From assembly GCA_963657675.1 (NCBI GenBank), contig CAVKMV010000003.1, forward strand, positions 1,059 through 65,058: a stretch of 64,000 bases of DNA, written 5' to 3'. Position numbers and translations under genes: made by a program. The notes beneath the pieces are model-generated. The model ran no database searches and had not been told where the DNA came from. It was given only the letters and a program-made list of their open reading frames with translations. This DNA comes from Ruminococcus intestinalis. GTDB taxonomy: Bacteria; Bacillota; Negativicutes; Acidaminococcales; Acidaminococcaceae. Below, piece by piece: positions 10,675 through 20,524 of this stretch (position 1 is the first letter of the stretch; each line of letters opens with the position of its first letter).

Positions 10675-10854
10675 TTAGCCTCTTTTCAATGCCTTTACAG
10701 ATGCGTCGCTCAATTTGCAACCATGAATTCTTTTAATGAAGTCAAAACAATGCTCGCCGCAATGCGGGAAAACCTTTGCTGCTTCCTTACGTTGTTCACA
10801 CAAATGTTCATACAAGCTAACTTCCTTTTCGACTGCTTTCTTTGCTTCAGCCAT
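10675..10854 (-). CDS. 59-aa hypothetical microprotein (KVFPHxGE family)
   Basis: ATG after RBS AAGGAGAG; EQRKEAAKVFPHCGE matches ENRKKEGKVFPHRGE. Confidence 0.75.
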   Translation of the reverse strand: MAEAKKAVEKEVSLYEHLCEQRKEAAKVFPHCGEHCFDFIKRIHGCKLSDASVKALKRG

Positions 10855-10936
10855 GATGTTTCTCTCCTTTTTCATTCCTTAATAGTCAATATTCTCAATT
10901 TGCGTCCGCATAAAGCCTCTACCTTTATGCACGTAC

Positions 10937-10991
10937 AGTATAACAGATATTGCTTAATAAGAAAAATATCGCCTTGGAATGAAAAATATGA
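10937..10991 (-). promoter_or_regulatory. Promoter P3 with conserved upstream activator box, divergent from lysR
   Basis: TATACT at 10937-10942; TTCCAA box 31 nt upstream. Confidence 0.6.
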
Positions 10992-11153
10992 CATTTGATT
11001 ATTTCTTTTTTAGCATTCAGTAGTCTATAATATCCTTGATTATTGAAATATCGTAACCAATATGGTACACTAAATATATTATACCTGTATTTAGTACATT
11101 GTACCTTTTATAGTAGAATATGGATAGTAGTAGTAGTTGGAGGTCTACAACGT

Positions 11154-12086
11154 ATGGAATTAGACAATTACAGAAACTTTCTGGCCATCATTGAAGCCGG
11201 CAGCTTTACCGGCGCGGCCGATTACGTACACATCGCTCAGCCCGCGCTCAGCAAGCAGCTGCGTGCCCTGGAAAACTATTTTGGCACCAAGCTCATCATC
11301 ACTACCCGTGGCAGCAGACAGATACTGCTGACAGAGGCAGGACGCGTGCTTTACCAGAAGGCAAAATACATGTGCGCGCTCGAGGACCTCGCCAAAAGCG
11401 AGATTGAAAGCATTATGGGCGGCGTTATCGGCACCCTGCGCTTCAGCATTGCCAACTCCCGCAGCGCGCTCTTTATCAAATCCTCGCTCAAGGATTTTTG
11501 CACGCTGTACCCTAATATCAAATGCGAGCTGTTTGAGGCCAGCATCAACGAGCAGACGCAGCAGCTTTTGAACGGCATCACTGAGCTGGGAATTTTGAGC
11601 GTGCCTGTGGAGCACCAGGATAACTTCGAGGTGCTCTTCCGCCGTGACGAGGAGCTGACGGCCGTCTTCCACAAGGATTCTGTCTTTTTGGATGACAGCA
11701 AGAAGGACGTCAGCCTCCGGGAACTGGAGGATATTCCCCTGAGCCTCAGCAGCGGCTGCTCGGAAATCTTCCTCAAGTCCTGCGCCGCCGCCTCCATCGT
11801 ACCGCGTGTAACCTGCACCAGCACCACCCGCAGCACTACGTTGGAATGGACGCGCGCCAAAGCCGCTGTTTCTATCGTGCCTGTAGAACCGGGCGAGGAC
11901 CTGGGTCCTGATTTCATCACCCGTCCGATAGCAGACATCAAGGCCGACGTTTACAAAACCGTTGTCAAGGTCAAGGACAGACCCCTGTCCGTCGCCGCGC
12001 AGCACTTCTTAAAATTCTATTCCAAGACGCGCAACTCGCAGCAGGTGTGCAACCTGGAAGAGGTTCTCAAAAATTCATCGTTATAA
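11154..12086 (+). CDS. LysR-family transcriptional regulator
   Basis: N-terminal HTH (GSFTGAADYVHIAQPALSKQLRALE) and LTEAG; start set at ATG 11154 after GGAGG. Confidence 0.95.
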   Translation: MELDNYRNFLAIIEAGSFTGAADYVHIAQPALSKQLRALENYFGTKLIITTRGSRQILLTEAGRVLYQKAKYMCALEDLAKSEIESIMGGVIGTLRFSIANSRSALFIKSSLKDFCTLYPNIKCELFEASINEQTQQLLNGITELGILSVPVEHQDNFEVLFRRDEELTAVFHKDSVFLDDSKKDVSLRELEDIPLSLSSGCSEIFLKSCAAASIVPRVTCTSTTRSTTLEWTRAKAAVSIVPVEPGEDLGPDFITRPIADIKADVYKTVVKVKDRPLSVAAQHFLKFYSKTRNSQQVCNLEEVLKNSSL

Positions 12087-12092
12087 GCAAGG

Positions 12093-12127
12093 GAGCGCAC
12101 CTTTAATACAGGGTGCGGTCTTTTTTT
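12093..12127 (+). terminator. Terminator of lysR
   Basis: CGCACC...GGTGCG stem followed by a T-run. Confidence 0.65.
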
Positions 12128-12147
12128 GCCTTGAATCTGCCTCGGGC

Positions 12148-12184
12148 AAAATAAAAACACCCACGGCACTGCCACGGGCGTTTT
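12148..12184 (-). terminator. Terminator of the two-peptide transcript
   Basis: Minus strand AAAACGCCCGTGGC-agt-GCCGTGGGTGTTTTTATTTT. Confidence 0.7.
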
Positions 12185-12218
12185 CAGAAAACCACAATTT
12201 GCATTTTGCTGTCACCTG

Positions 12219-12275
12219 TTAATGGATAAAGTAAAAGTTCATTTCGTATAATGCTTTAACAAATTTCTCTAACAT
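12219..12275 (-). CDS. 18-aa peptide MLEKFVKALYEMNFYFIH
   Basis: Manual translation; perfect RBS GGAGGTGA 5 nt upstream; paralogous to the neighbouring peptide. Confidence 0.7.
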   Translation of the reverse strand: MLEKFVKALYEMNFYFIH

Positions 12276-12294
12276 CTTCGTCACCTCCGCTTAC

Positions 12295-12354
12295 TTAGTG
12301 AACCATATACCATTTAAAGCTGCACAGAGTTTCAACAAACTTTTCGAACGTCAT
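12295..12354 (-). CDS. 19-aa peptide MTFEKFVETLCSFKWYMVH
   Basis: Manual translation; RBS AAGGGAAG; first ORF after the promoter. Confidence 0.65.
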   Translation of the reverse strand: MTFEKFVETLCSFKWYMVH

Positions 12355-12406
12355 CAGTCTTACTTCCCTTCTGCTTGAATTTGGGTTATACCCTTAACAT
12401 GCCTTA

Positions 12407-12435
12407 AGTATAACACCTTGTGACATTTTTGTCCA
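12407..12435 (-). promoter_or_regulatory. sigma70 promoter of the peptide pair
   Basis: TGGACA-N17-TATACT with extended TGn; a GACA-N4-TGTC palindrome (12422-12433) overlaps the -35. Confidence 0.65.
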
Positions 12436-12520
12436 GTAGGGTCTTTTTATGTCCCACTAGTATGTAAAATCTGCGTAAAGCCTTGCAGCATGCGGTTTTA
12501 CATGGATTTTACATTGCCTG

Positions 12521-12555
12521 AAAATAAAAGAGCTACAGAAATTTTTCTGTAGCTC
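12521..12555 (-). terminator. Terminator of the lon-engB-abrB transcript
   Basis: GAGCTACAGAAA / TTTCTGTAGCTC stem followed by a U-tract on the minus strand. Confidence 0.7.
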
Positions 12556-12564
12556 GCAAAAATT

Positions 12565-13602
12565 TTAGGCAGCTTTTTTCTTAAACCACCAGGCCATCAA
12601 CGGCGGTACAAATAAATTTATCGACAGCACGCGCACCAGCTGGTAGGTGAGGATAATCGACACATTTTCCTTCATGCTCATGCCGGCCAGCGACATTTCG
12701 GCAATGCCACCGGGGGCCATAGCCAAAAACGCCGTAATCAGCGAAAAGCCATAGCGTGCCGACAGGATGTTGGCCATGCCGATGCTGATCGCAATCAGAA
12801 TGGCCGTACCGATGATGACGAAGGGCACCATCTTTTTGGTTTTGATGATGCGGTCCGCATCCAGCTGCATACCCATAAACAGGCCGATGCTGACCTGCGC
12901 CGGGGCCATCAGCAGGGCGGGCACGGGCTGCACGCCGCCCGTAAATACGGCAAAGGCAGACGTCGCCATGATGGGGCCCAAAAGCCTGGGGGTAGGCATA
13001 TGAATTTTTTTCGCAACAAAGCTGCCCAAAATCGCCAGGGGGATGAACACCAGCCAGTGTACGCCGCCATGGTTGGGCAGGGCGATGCTGCTGCCGGTAA
13101 CCTGTGCATTCAACAGCCAGATAACCAAAAACGGCACCGAAATCACCACGCCCAGCAGACGGATGACCTGCATCACCATAACGACGTTGGGGTTGATGTC
13201 CTCATCCTCCTCGCTCATGAGCATCGAAAGCGTCATGCCGCCGGGAAGCATGCCCATGATGCAGCTTTTGAGGTTTTCCTGCGAAAGCCGGGCAAAGACA
13301 AAGGCCAGGGCGATGCTGCTCACCAAAATCACCACGGTGGATTCCATAACACCTGTGACCTCGGACAAAAAGCTGTTCCAGGTATCGGCAGTGAAGGTGG
13401 AGCCAATGCCGTAGCCTGCCACCATCAGCGCGTATTCACGCCAGGCCTTGGGCCAGTTCACCTGCGCCCTGCGGGCAAAGGTCTTGCAGGCCAGCGCCGT
13501 CAAAAGTCCTCCCAGCAAAAAGGGGATGGGCAGATGAAGGCGCAGCAAAAGGTTGCCCAGGCACAGCGCCATAACGAAAAGTAAAAAGCGGTTTAACAGC
13601 AT
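12565..13602 (-). CDS. AbrB-family (AbrB duplication) membrane protein
   Basis: Two repeats carrying PGG motifs (MLPGGMT, MAPGGIAEM) and QxxR motifs; highly hydrophobic. Confidence 0.85.
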   Translation of the reverse strand: MLLNRFLLFVMALCLGNLLLRLHLPIPFLLGGLLTALACKTFARRAQVNWPKAWREYALMVAGYGIGSTFTADTWNSFLSEVTGVMESTVVILVSSIALAFVFARLSQENLKSCIMGMLPGGMTLSMLMSEEDEDINPNVVMVMQVIRLLGVVISVPFLVIWLLNAQVTGSSIALPNHGGVHWLVFIPLAILGSFVAKKIHMPTPRLLGPIMATSAFAVFTGGVQPVPALLMAPAQVSIGLFMGMQLDADRIIKTKKMVPFVIIGTAILIAISIGMANILSARYGFSLITAFLAMAPGGIAEMSLAGMSMKENVSIILTYQLVRVLSINLFVPPLMAWWFKKKAA

Positions 13603-13606
13603 CTGC

Positions 13607-14257
13607 TTACCCCTGCGCCGTCCCGTTGGCAGCCAAAGCGTTCATAATGCGGGCGATCAGCTCGCTGCGCATGGTGTGCTGCGTGGAGGAATAGGTGATG
13701 ATTTCGTCATCAGTCAGGCCCATTTCACGCTTAAACAGCGCCTTTTGCGCCATAGCGGCGTTCTTGGACAGCTTATCCGCCTTGGTCAGCACCACCTGCA
13801 CCCGCAGGCCGCAGTCACGCAGCCATTCAAAGCATTCCATGTCGCTGGCCATAGGCTTATGGCGGATATCAATCAGCTGGCAGACCACGCCAAGGTTTTC
13901 GCTGCCTGATAAATATTTGCTGATAAAGCCTGACCATTGGTCCTTATTATTGTGGTTGGTCTTAGCGAAGCCGTAGCCAGGCAGATCCACCAGATAAAAA
14001 TCAGCACGCTCGTCCTCGCCGTCTATGACGCGCTTGGCCTGCAGCTCATAAAAATTAATCGTCTGCGTCTTGCCCGGGGTGGAGCTGACGCGCGCCAGAC
14101 CGTTGCGACGGCACAGCGAATTGATGAGCGACGACTTGCCCACGTTGCTGCGGCCGATAAAGGCAGCCTCAATAAGCGCCGGCTGCGGATACTGGTCCGC
14201 ACGCACGGCCGAGGCGATATACTTTGCACGGATAATATCCCATTGTTCCTTAGCCAT
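13607..14257 (-). CDS. engB: Ribosome biogenesis GTPase YihA/YsxC
   Basis: GRSNVGKSS, PGKT, DLPGYG, TKADK; follows lon. Confidence 0.96.
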   Translation of the reverse strand: MAKEQWDIIRAKYIASAVRADQYPQPALIEAAFIGRSNVGKSSLINSLCRRNGLARVSSTPGKTQTINFYELQAKRVIDGEDERADFYLVDLPGYGFAKTNHNNKDQWSGFISKYLSGSENLGVVCQLIDIRHKPMASDMECFEWLRDCGLRVQVVLTKADKLSKNAAMAQKALFKREMGLTDDEIITYSSTQHTMRSELIARIMNALAANGTAQG

Positions 14258-16583
14258 TTTTAGCCTCCAATGCCAGCTTCAGCACATCATCCAAATGCTC
14301 TACGGGAATAAACTGCATCTCTTTACGCACGTTTTCGGGCAGCTCGTCCAAATCCTGCATATTGCGCTTGGGCAGCAGCACCGTCTTCACGCCATAGCGG
14401 TAGGCAGCCAGCATTTTTTCCTTAATGCCGCCTACAGGCCAAACCTTGCCAGAGAGCGAAATTTCACCGGTCATAGCCAGCCTGCCCTTGACGCGCCTGC
14501 CTGTGAGCGCCGAAACCATGGCCGTAACCATCGTCACGCCGGCCGACGGACCATCCTTGGGCACAGCGCCCTCGGGCAGATGGATGTGAATATCCGTATT
14601 TTCGCCAAAGTCAGCGGCGATCCCCAGGGCCTCCGCCCTGCTGCGGATATAGGTGTAGCCTGCCTGCGCCGATTCCTTCATTACATCGCCCAGCTGGCCG
14701 GTAAGCGTCAGGTTGCCCTTGCCCTTAAAGGTCAGCACCTCCACCTTCAGCAGCTCGCCGCCCACGCTGGTCCAGGCCAGACCGTTGACTGTGCCCACTG
14801 CAGGCTCCAGGCTGATGTCATCGTCCAGGAAGATAGGCTTGCCCAGGTATTTTTCCAGATTCTTTTCGGTCACCTGCGCGCCCTTGCCGTTACCCTTGAC
14901 GATTTTGAAGGCAATTTTGCGGCAGATGCCTGCCAGCTTGCGCTCCAGGCTGCGCACGCCTGCCTCACGGGTATAGTCGTGAATGACGCGGCGGATAGCC
15001 TTTTCGCTGACGCTGACTTTGTATTTGGCCAGGCCGTTGAGCTGCAGCTCCTTGGGCAGCAGGTGCAGCTGCGCTATCTTCACCTTTTCCTCATCCGTAT
15101 AGCTGCTCAGCTGGATAATTTCCATCCTGTCCAAAAGCGCAGGCGGAATGCTGTCTACGGTATTGGCCGTCACAATCCAGAAGACGTGCGACAAATCAAA
15201 GGGAAATTCAATAAAGTGGTCGCTAAAGCTGTTGTTCTGCTCGGGGTCGAGCACCTCCAGCAGCGCCGAAGCTGGGTCGCCGCGGAAATCAGCAGCCATC
15301 TTGTCAATCTCGTCCAGCAAAAAGACAGGGTTCATGCAGCCGCTGATCTGCATCCCGTGGATAATCCTGCCGGGCATGGAGCCGATATAGGTGCGGCGGT
15401 GGCCGCGGATTTCGGCCTCGTCACGGATGCCGCCCAGCGAAACGCGGGTGAACTTGCGGTTGACGGCCTTAGCGATGCTGCTCGCCAGGCTGGTCTTGCC
15501 CACGCCCGGCGGTCCTACCAGGCAGAGGATGGGGCCACGCGTGTTTTTGGCAAGCGCGCGCACTGCCAGATATTCCAGAATGCGCTCCTTGACCTTCTTC
15601 AGGCCGTAATGGTCGCCGTCCAAAACCTTCTGCGCCTTGTCCAGATTAAAATTGTCCTTAGTAAATTTGCCCCAGGGCAGCGACAGCAGCGCGTCAATAT
15701 AGCTGCGGATAACTGCTCCCTCCGGTGTCATCGGGGGCATCTTGCCCAGGCGTCCCAGCTCCTTGCTGATTTTATCGGCAACGTCGCGCGGCAGCTTGAG
15801 CTTGGCCATTTTTTCCTTGTAGTCGTTTATTTCCGCCTGCACGTCCTCGTTTTCGCCCAGCTCCTTGCTGATAGCCTTAATCTGCTCACGCAGATAGTAT
15901 TCCTTTTGGTTTTGCTCTACCTGCTGGTGCACCTGCTCCGAAATGCTTTTGGCCACACGGGCGATTTCCTCCTCGCGCACCAAAATCTCGTACAGCTTAT
16001 GCAGGCGCTGCTTGATGTCGGCCAGCTCCAGCAGCTGCTCCTTCTCCGCCAGTGCCAGCGGCAGGTAGCCGACGAGCATGTCCGCCATACGGCTAGCATT
16101 AGTCTCTGAATTAAGGGACTGCACTGCCTCGGGCTTCACCTTCTTCGTGACCGACACCCATCTTTCAAAGGCCTCCAGCAGGAGGCGGCGCAGGCCTTCA
16201 GCCTCATTATCAGCCTCGTCCGCCTCCGGCAGCAGCTCTGCCTGGGCAACAAAAAATTCACTGCCCTCATGGTTTATGTCTGCTATATCCACAAGGCGCA
16301 CACGCGTCACGCCCTCTATCAAAAGGCGCAGGGCACCGTTAGGCAGCCGCAGCTCCTGCTTAACCGTTGCCAGCACGCCCCAGTCAAACAAATCGGCAGT
16401 AGTAACGTTTTCCTGCTCCGCATCCCTTTGTCCGACCAGGATAATCTGTTTATCTGTATTCAACGCCGCCTCCACAGCAGCAATCGACTTATCCCTGCCA
16501 ATATCCAGGTTAGCAATCATTCCCGGCAAAATCAGTACGCCCCGCAGTGGCAGCAGGGGCCTTGTTATTATACTATTAGCCAT
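14250..16583 (-). CDS. lon: Lon protease
   Basis: [23 protein letters not shown] catalytic Ser, GGIKEK. Confidence 0.98.
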   Translation of the reverse strand: MANSIITRPLLPLRGVLILPGMIANLDIGRDKSIAAVEAALNTDKQIILVGQRDAEQENVTTADLFDWGVLATVKQELRLPNGALRLLIEGVTRVRLVDIADINHEGSEFFVAQAELLPEADEADNEAEGLRRLLLEAFERWVSVTKKVKPEAVQSLNSETNASRMADMLVGYLPLALAEKEQLLELADIKQRLHKLYEILVREEEIARVAKSISEQVHQQVEQNQKEYYLREQIKAISKELGENEDVQAEINDYKEKMAKLKLPRDVADKISKELGRLGKMPPMTPEGAVIRSYIDALLSLPWGKFTKDNFNLDKAQKVLDGDHYGLKKVKERILEYLAVRALAKNTRGPILCLVGPPGVGKTSLASSIAKAVNRKFTRVSLGGIRDEAEIRGHRRTYIGSMPGRIIHGMQISGCMNPVFLLDEIDKMAADFRGDPASALLEVLDPEQNNSFSDHFIEFPFDLSHVFWIVTANTVDSIPPALLDRMEIIQLSSYTDEEKVKIAQLHLLPKELQLNGLAKYKVSVSEKAIRRVIHDYTREAGVRSLERKLAGICRKIAFKIVKGNGKGAQVTEKNLEKYLGKPIFLDDDISLEPAVGTVNGLAWTSVGGELLKVEVLTFKGKGNLTLTGQLGDVMKESAQAGYTYIRSRAEALGIAADFGENTDIHIHLPEGAVPKDGPSAGVTMVTAMVSALTGRRVKGRLAMTGEISLSGKVWPVGGIKEKMLAAYRYGVKTVLLPKRNMQDLDELPENVRKEMQFIPVEHLDDVLKLALEAKNG

Positions 16584-16703
16584 ATTTTCCCTCCTTCGGC
16601 TGACAAAATTAAAGCTAATGCCAGATTTTTAGCGCACCAGCCTTCCTTTTATGAGAAAAACAAGGGAGAAGGCACAGCGACCCTTCCCCCTTGAACATTA
16701 TTG

Positions 16704-17957
16704 TTATTCTGTAAGCATTTGCGGTTCACAATGCTGGCGTACAGTAGCTTCAGTAACAATGCATTTTTTTACATCATCACGGGAAGGAACATCATACATC
16801 ACGTTACGCATTATCGATTCGATAATGGAACGCAGGCCGCGGGCCCCGGCATTGCGCTTTAAGGCCTCCTGGGCAATCGCGGTGAGTGCGCCGGGCTCAA
16901 ACTCCAGGTCTACCCCGTCCATTTCCAGGAAACGCTTATATTGCTTGATCAACGCGTTGCGTGGCTCTGTCAAAATCTTTACCAGGGCTTCCTCTCCCAG
17001 GGGCTCTAAGGTTACTACGACAGGTAAGCGGCCTGCAAACTCCGGGATAATGCCAAACTTCATGATATCCTCAGGCAGCACCTTCGTGAAGACTTCCTTG
17101 CTAGTGCGCTCCTCCTTGCGTTGGATGTCAGCACCAAAGCCCAAATTCTTCTTGCCGATGCGGGCATTGATGATATGCTCCAGGCCGGCAAAGGCACCAC
17201 CGCAGATAAACAGGATGTTGGTGGTATCGATGTTGATAAACTCCTGATGCGGATGCTTGCGTCCTCCCTTAGGCGGCACACTGGCCACAGTACCCTCCAA
17301 AATCTTCAGCAGGGCCTGCTGCACACCCTCACCCGAAACGTCGCGGGTAATCGAAACGTTTTCGGATTTGCGGGCAATCTTGTCGATTTCGTCAATATAG
17401 ATAATGCCGCGCTGGGCAGCCTCAATATCATAATCGGCGTTGCTGATAAGCTTCAAAAGGATATTTTCCACATCCTCGCCCACGTAGCCGGCCTCCGTCA
17501 ACGTGGTGGCATCGGCGATAGCGAAGGGCACCTGCAAAATTTTAGCCAGGGTCTGCGCCAGCAGCGTTTTGCCGCTACCGGTGGGGCCCAGCATCAGGAT
17601 GTTGGACTTTTGCAGCTCCAGCTCCTTTTTTGCTTCGGGATATTTAACTTCATAGTTAATCCTTTTGTAATGGTTGTAAACAGCCACCGACAGGGTCTTT
17701 TTGGCTTCCTCCTGACCGATGACGTATTCGTCCAGGATTTTCTTGATCTCCTTAGGCTTAGGCAGCTTGCTGTCGGCAGCAATATTGCTTACGCCCTCCT
17801 CAGCCAGCTCTTCTTCAATCATCGCCCTGCAAAGCTCAACACACTGATCGCAGATTACAACCCCACCGCGTGCCTTAATCAGCTTTTTGACCTGTCCCTC
17901 ATGCTTGCCGCAGAAGGAACAACGGGGGGCATCATCATGCTTGTCATCAAAATTCAT
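16704..17957 (-). CDS. clpX: ClpX ATPase subunit
   Basis: C4 zinc-binding domain, [19 protein letters not shown] loop. Confidence 0.98.
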   Translation of the reverse strand: MNFDDKHDDAPRCSFCGKHEGQVKKLIKARGGVVICDQCVELCRAMIEEELAEEGVSNIAADSKLPKPKEIKKILDEYVIGQEEAKKTLSVAVYNHYKRINYEVKYPEAKKELELQKSNILMLGPTGSGKTLLAQTLAKILQVPFAIADATTLTEAGYVGEDVENILLKLISNADYDIEAAQRGIIYIDEIDKIARKSENVSITRDVSGEGVQQALLKILEGTVASVPPKGGRKHPHQEFINIDTTNILFICGGAFAGLEHIINARIGKKNLGFGADIQRKEERTSKEVFTKVLPEDIMKFGIIPEFAGRLPVVVTLEPLGEEALVKILTEPRNALIKQYKRFLEMDGVDLEFEPGALTAIAQEALKRNAGARGLRSIIESIMRNVMYDVPSRDDVKKCIVTEATVRQHCEPQMLTE

Positions 17958-17983
17958 ATTTTAATTCTCCTTAATAGCGTATC

Positions 17984-18577
17984 TTACTTTGCAGATTTAC
18001 TACGGGAAACAACCTCGTCAATCAGGCCGTATTCCTTTGCTTCCTTGCTTGTCAGATAATGATCACGCTCAGTATCGGCAGCAATCTTTTCCACCGGCTG
18101 ACCTGTATGCTTGGCCAGCACCTGGTTCATCTCCTCGCGGATGCGCAGGATTTCACGGGCATGGATTTCGATTTCCGTTGCCTGGCCCTGGGCGCCGCCC
18201 AAGGGCTGGTGAATCATGACGCGCGAATAGGGCAGGGCAAAGCGCTTGCCTGGCGCGCCTGCCGTAAGCAGCACGGAGGCCATGCTGGCAGCCATGCCCA
18301 TGCAGATGGTGGAAACATCAGGCTTAATATACTGCATCGTATCATAGATAGCCATGCCGGCGCTTACGCTGCCGCCAGGGCTATTGATGTACAGATGGAT
18401 GTCTTTATCGGGATCCTCGGACTCCAGAAACAATAACTGAGCAATGACAACATTAGCCATGTTGTCATCAATCGGCCCGGTAACGAAGACAATTCTATCC
18501 TTTAACAGACGTGAATAGATATCATAGGATCGTTCTCCACGGCTGGATTGTTCAACAACGATAGGCACATAGTTCAT
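17984..18577 (-). CDS. clpP: ClpP protease subunit
   Basis: [28 protein letters not shown]. Confidence 0.98.
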   Translation of the reverse strand: MNYVPIVVEQSSRGERSYDIYSRLLKDRIVFVTGPIDDNMANVVIAQLLFLESEDPDKDIHLYINSPGGSVSAGMAIYDTMQYIKPDVSTICMGMAASMASVLLTAGAPGKRFALPYSRVMIHQPLGGAQGQATEIEIHAREILRIREEMNQVLAKHTGQPVEKIAADTERDHYLTSKEAKEYGLIDEVVSRSKSAK

Positions 18578-18612
18578 TTTGTCACACCCCTTTACTGCAA
18601 AATCGTTTATTC

Positions 18613-19896
18613 TTAGTTGGCGCTGTCAATAACCACATGAGCAGCTTTGCGGCGCAGGATGTTGGCCAAAAGCAGGCCCATGGTGCCGTTAGCCTTGATA
18701 ATCTTCTTAACTTCTTCAGGAGCAGCGCCGTGCTGTGCGGAAATAGCAGCGATTTCGGCATCAACGTCAGCCATGTCAACCTGAATGTTTTCAGCCTTGG
18801 CGATAGCGTCCAGAACCAGGTCGGTCTTAACGTTTTCTTCAGCAACCGGGCGTTGGTTTTCGCGGATCTTGGCCATATCCAGACCGGTGTACTGCATGTA
18901 CATTTCCAGGCTCATCTTGCGGCTTTCCAGGCTCATCTTCATTTCTTCAACCATTTGGCTGATCTTGTCCTCGATCATGATTTCGGGAACGGAGAATTTA
19001 GCGTTGGCAACAGCAAGGTCAATCAGAGCATGCTCATATTCAGCCTTAGCGTTGGCATCAGCAGCCTTCTGCATACGCTCCTTGTAATTGGCGCGCAGCT
19101 CCTCAACGGTCTTGAAGTCGCTGTTGGCAGCAACATATTCATCGGTCAGCTCGGGCAGCTCCTTGCGCTTAACATCCTGGATGTTTACCTTGAACACAGC
19201 CTCCTTGCCGGCCAGCTCTTTTACGAAATATTCCTCAGGGAAGGTAACCTCTACATCGGTGGAATCACCCTTAGACAGGCCTACCAGCTGATCCTCGAAG
19301 CCGGGGATGAAGGAGTTGGAGCCTACCTCCAGGGGATAGCCCTTGCCCTCGCCGCCGCTGAACGGTTCGCCGTCAACAGTGCCTGCGAAGTCAATAATAG
19401 CGAAATCGCCCTTTTCAATTACAGCGCCGTCTTCTGCAACCACCATTTTAGCATTGCGGTTTTGCAGCTCCTTAACCTGGGCGTCAACATCCTCTTCGGT
19501 TACGGTTGCGTCCTTTTTGTCAACGTGCAGACCCTTGTATTCACCCAGCTCCGGTTCCGGCTTCAGGGTTACCTTAATGGTCAGCTCCAGGTCCTTGCCC
19601 TCTTCAAAGGTGGATTCCTCTACCTTGGGGTCGGAAACGGGGATGAGCTTTTCCTCTGCCAGGGCGTCGCTATAAGCCTTGTTAGCAACGATTTCAAAGG
19701 CCTCCTGCTTTACTGCGTCCTTGCCATAATGCATTTCGATAATGGCACGCGGAGCCTTGCCCTTGCGGAAGCCAGGAATATTTACACTGTTAGCAATCTT
19801 TTGTACAGCCTTTTTATAGCCTGCGTTTACATCAGCAGCCGGAGCGGTAATTTTTAAGGTTGCCTCATTTTCTACTCTTTCAACAGTAACATTCAT
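18613..19896 (-). CDS. tig: Trigger factor
   Basis: GFRKGK ribosome-binding motif, FKBP domain (FIPGFEDQL). Confidence 0.97.
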   Translation of the reverse strand: MNVTVERVENEATLKITAPAADVNAGYKKAVQKIANSVNIPGFRKGKAPRAIIEMHYGKDAVKQEAFEIVANKAYSDALAEEKLIPVSDPKVEESTFEEGKDLELTIKVTLKPEPELGEYKGLHVDKKDATVTEEDVDAQVKELQNRNAKMVVAEDGAVIEKGDFAIIDFAGTVDGEPFSGGEGKGYPLEVGSNSFIPGFEDQLVGLSKGDSTDVEVTFPEEYFVKELAGKEAVFKVNIQDVKRKELPELTDEYVAANSDFKTVEELRANYKERMQKAADANAKAEYEHALIDLAVANAKFSVPEIMIEDKISQMVEEMKMSLESRKMSLEMYMQYTGLDMAKIRENQRPVAEENVKTDLVLDAIAKAENIQVDMADVDAEIAAISAQHGAAPEEVKKIIKANGTMGLLLANILRRKAAHVVIDSAN

Positions 19897-20028
19897 TAAT
19901 AAAATCCTCCCTTGAATTTATATGGATAAAATAATAATCGGATTAATCTGCCAGCCTTCCACAGCGAAAATGTGCTGACACAAATCGCTCATAATATCAT
20001 ATCACAATGCACGGCTCTTGACAATACT

Positions 20029-20058
20029 AAAAAACCCGACAGACTCAATCTGTCGGGC
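20029..20058 (-). terminator. Terminator after tRNA-Gly
   Basis: CCCGACAGA / TCTGTCGGG stem followed by a U-tract on the minus strand. Confidence 0.7.
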
Positions 20059-20069
20059 AAATTTTTAAG

Positions 20070-20144
<75 letters not shown>

Positions 20145-20160
20145 GTCATCAACGAATATT

Positions 20161-20189
20161 AGTATAATCTATGTTGATCGTTTTGTCAA
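20161..20189 (-). promoter_or_regulatory. tRNA promoter
   Basis: TTGACA-N17-TATACT. Confidence 0.75.
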
Positions 20190-20227
20190 CACATTTTTTA
20201 ATCTTTTTTTAGAATTTTTTCGTTGAC

Positions 20228-20521
20228 TCATACCAGCCCGTTACAGCGCGCCAAATCATCATAGATGAGCGTTGCCAGCTTCGCCCGCAGCTGTGCATCG
20301 TCAGCGCAAAGCCCGGTCTGCGCCAGCAGGGCCTGCAGCTTATCCTTGTTGCACAAAAGGCAGCAGCAGGGCCTGATAAGCTCGCTTGCCATATAGGCAG
20401 CGGCGTTCAGCGACATTTCGTCGGCAAGCAGCGCGCCGGAGCGTGCCTTGGCAGCAAAAACAGCCAGGCGCGTATCCAACGCCCGCGCCAGCTGCCTTTC
20501 CAAAACATTGCCCCCAGTCAT
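20228..20521 (-). CDS. Hypothetical protein
   Basis: ORF abuts the upstream gene; no recognisable family; start uncertain. Confidence 0.6.
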   Translation of the reverse strand: MTGGNVLERQLARALDTRLAVFAAKARSGALLADEMSLNAAAYMASELIRPCCCLLCNKDKLQALLAQTGLCADDAQLRAKLATLIYDDLARCNGLV

Positions 20522-20524
20522 GGC

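Noticed and set aside
12184..12204. Third mini-ORF MQIVVF after an AGGTGA RBS-like sequence
   Set aside because: Only 6 aa with no similarity to the two peptides; cannot be distinguished from chance
12219..12354. Peptides as AgrD autoinducers or type I toxins
   Set aside because: Too short for AgrD, with no conserved Cys or charged tail and no agrB nearby; no uninterrupted TM stretch or evident antitoxin RNA
14070..16109. 679-aa plus-strand ORF, and similar long antisense ORFs at 18637, 30028, 33537, 37965, 39788 and 46347 (+) and 24719 (-)
   Set aside because: Shadow frames opposite well-supported genes, with no recognisable motifs
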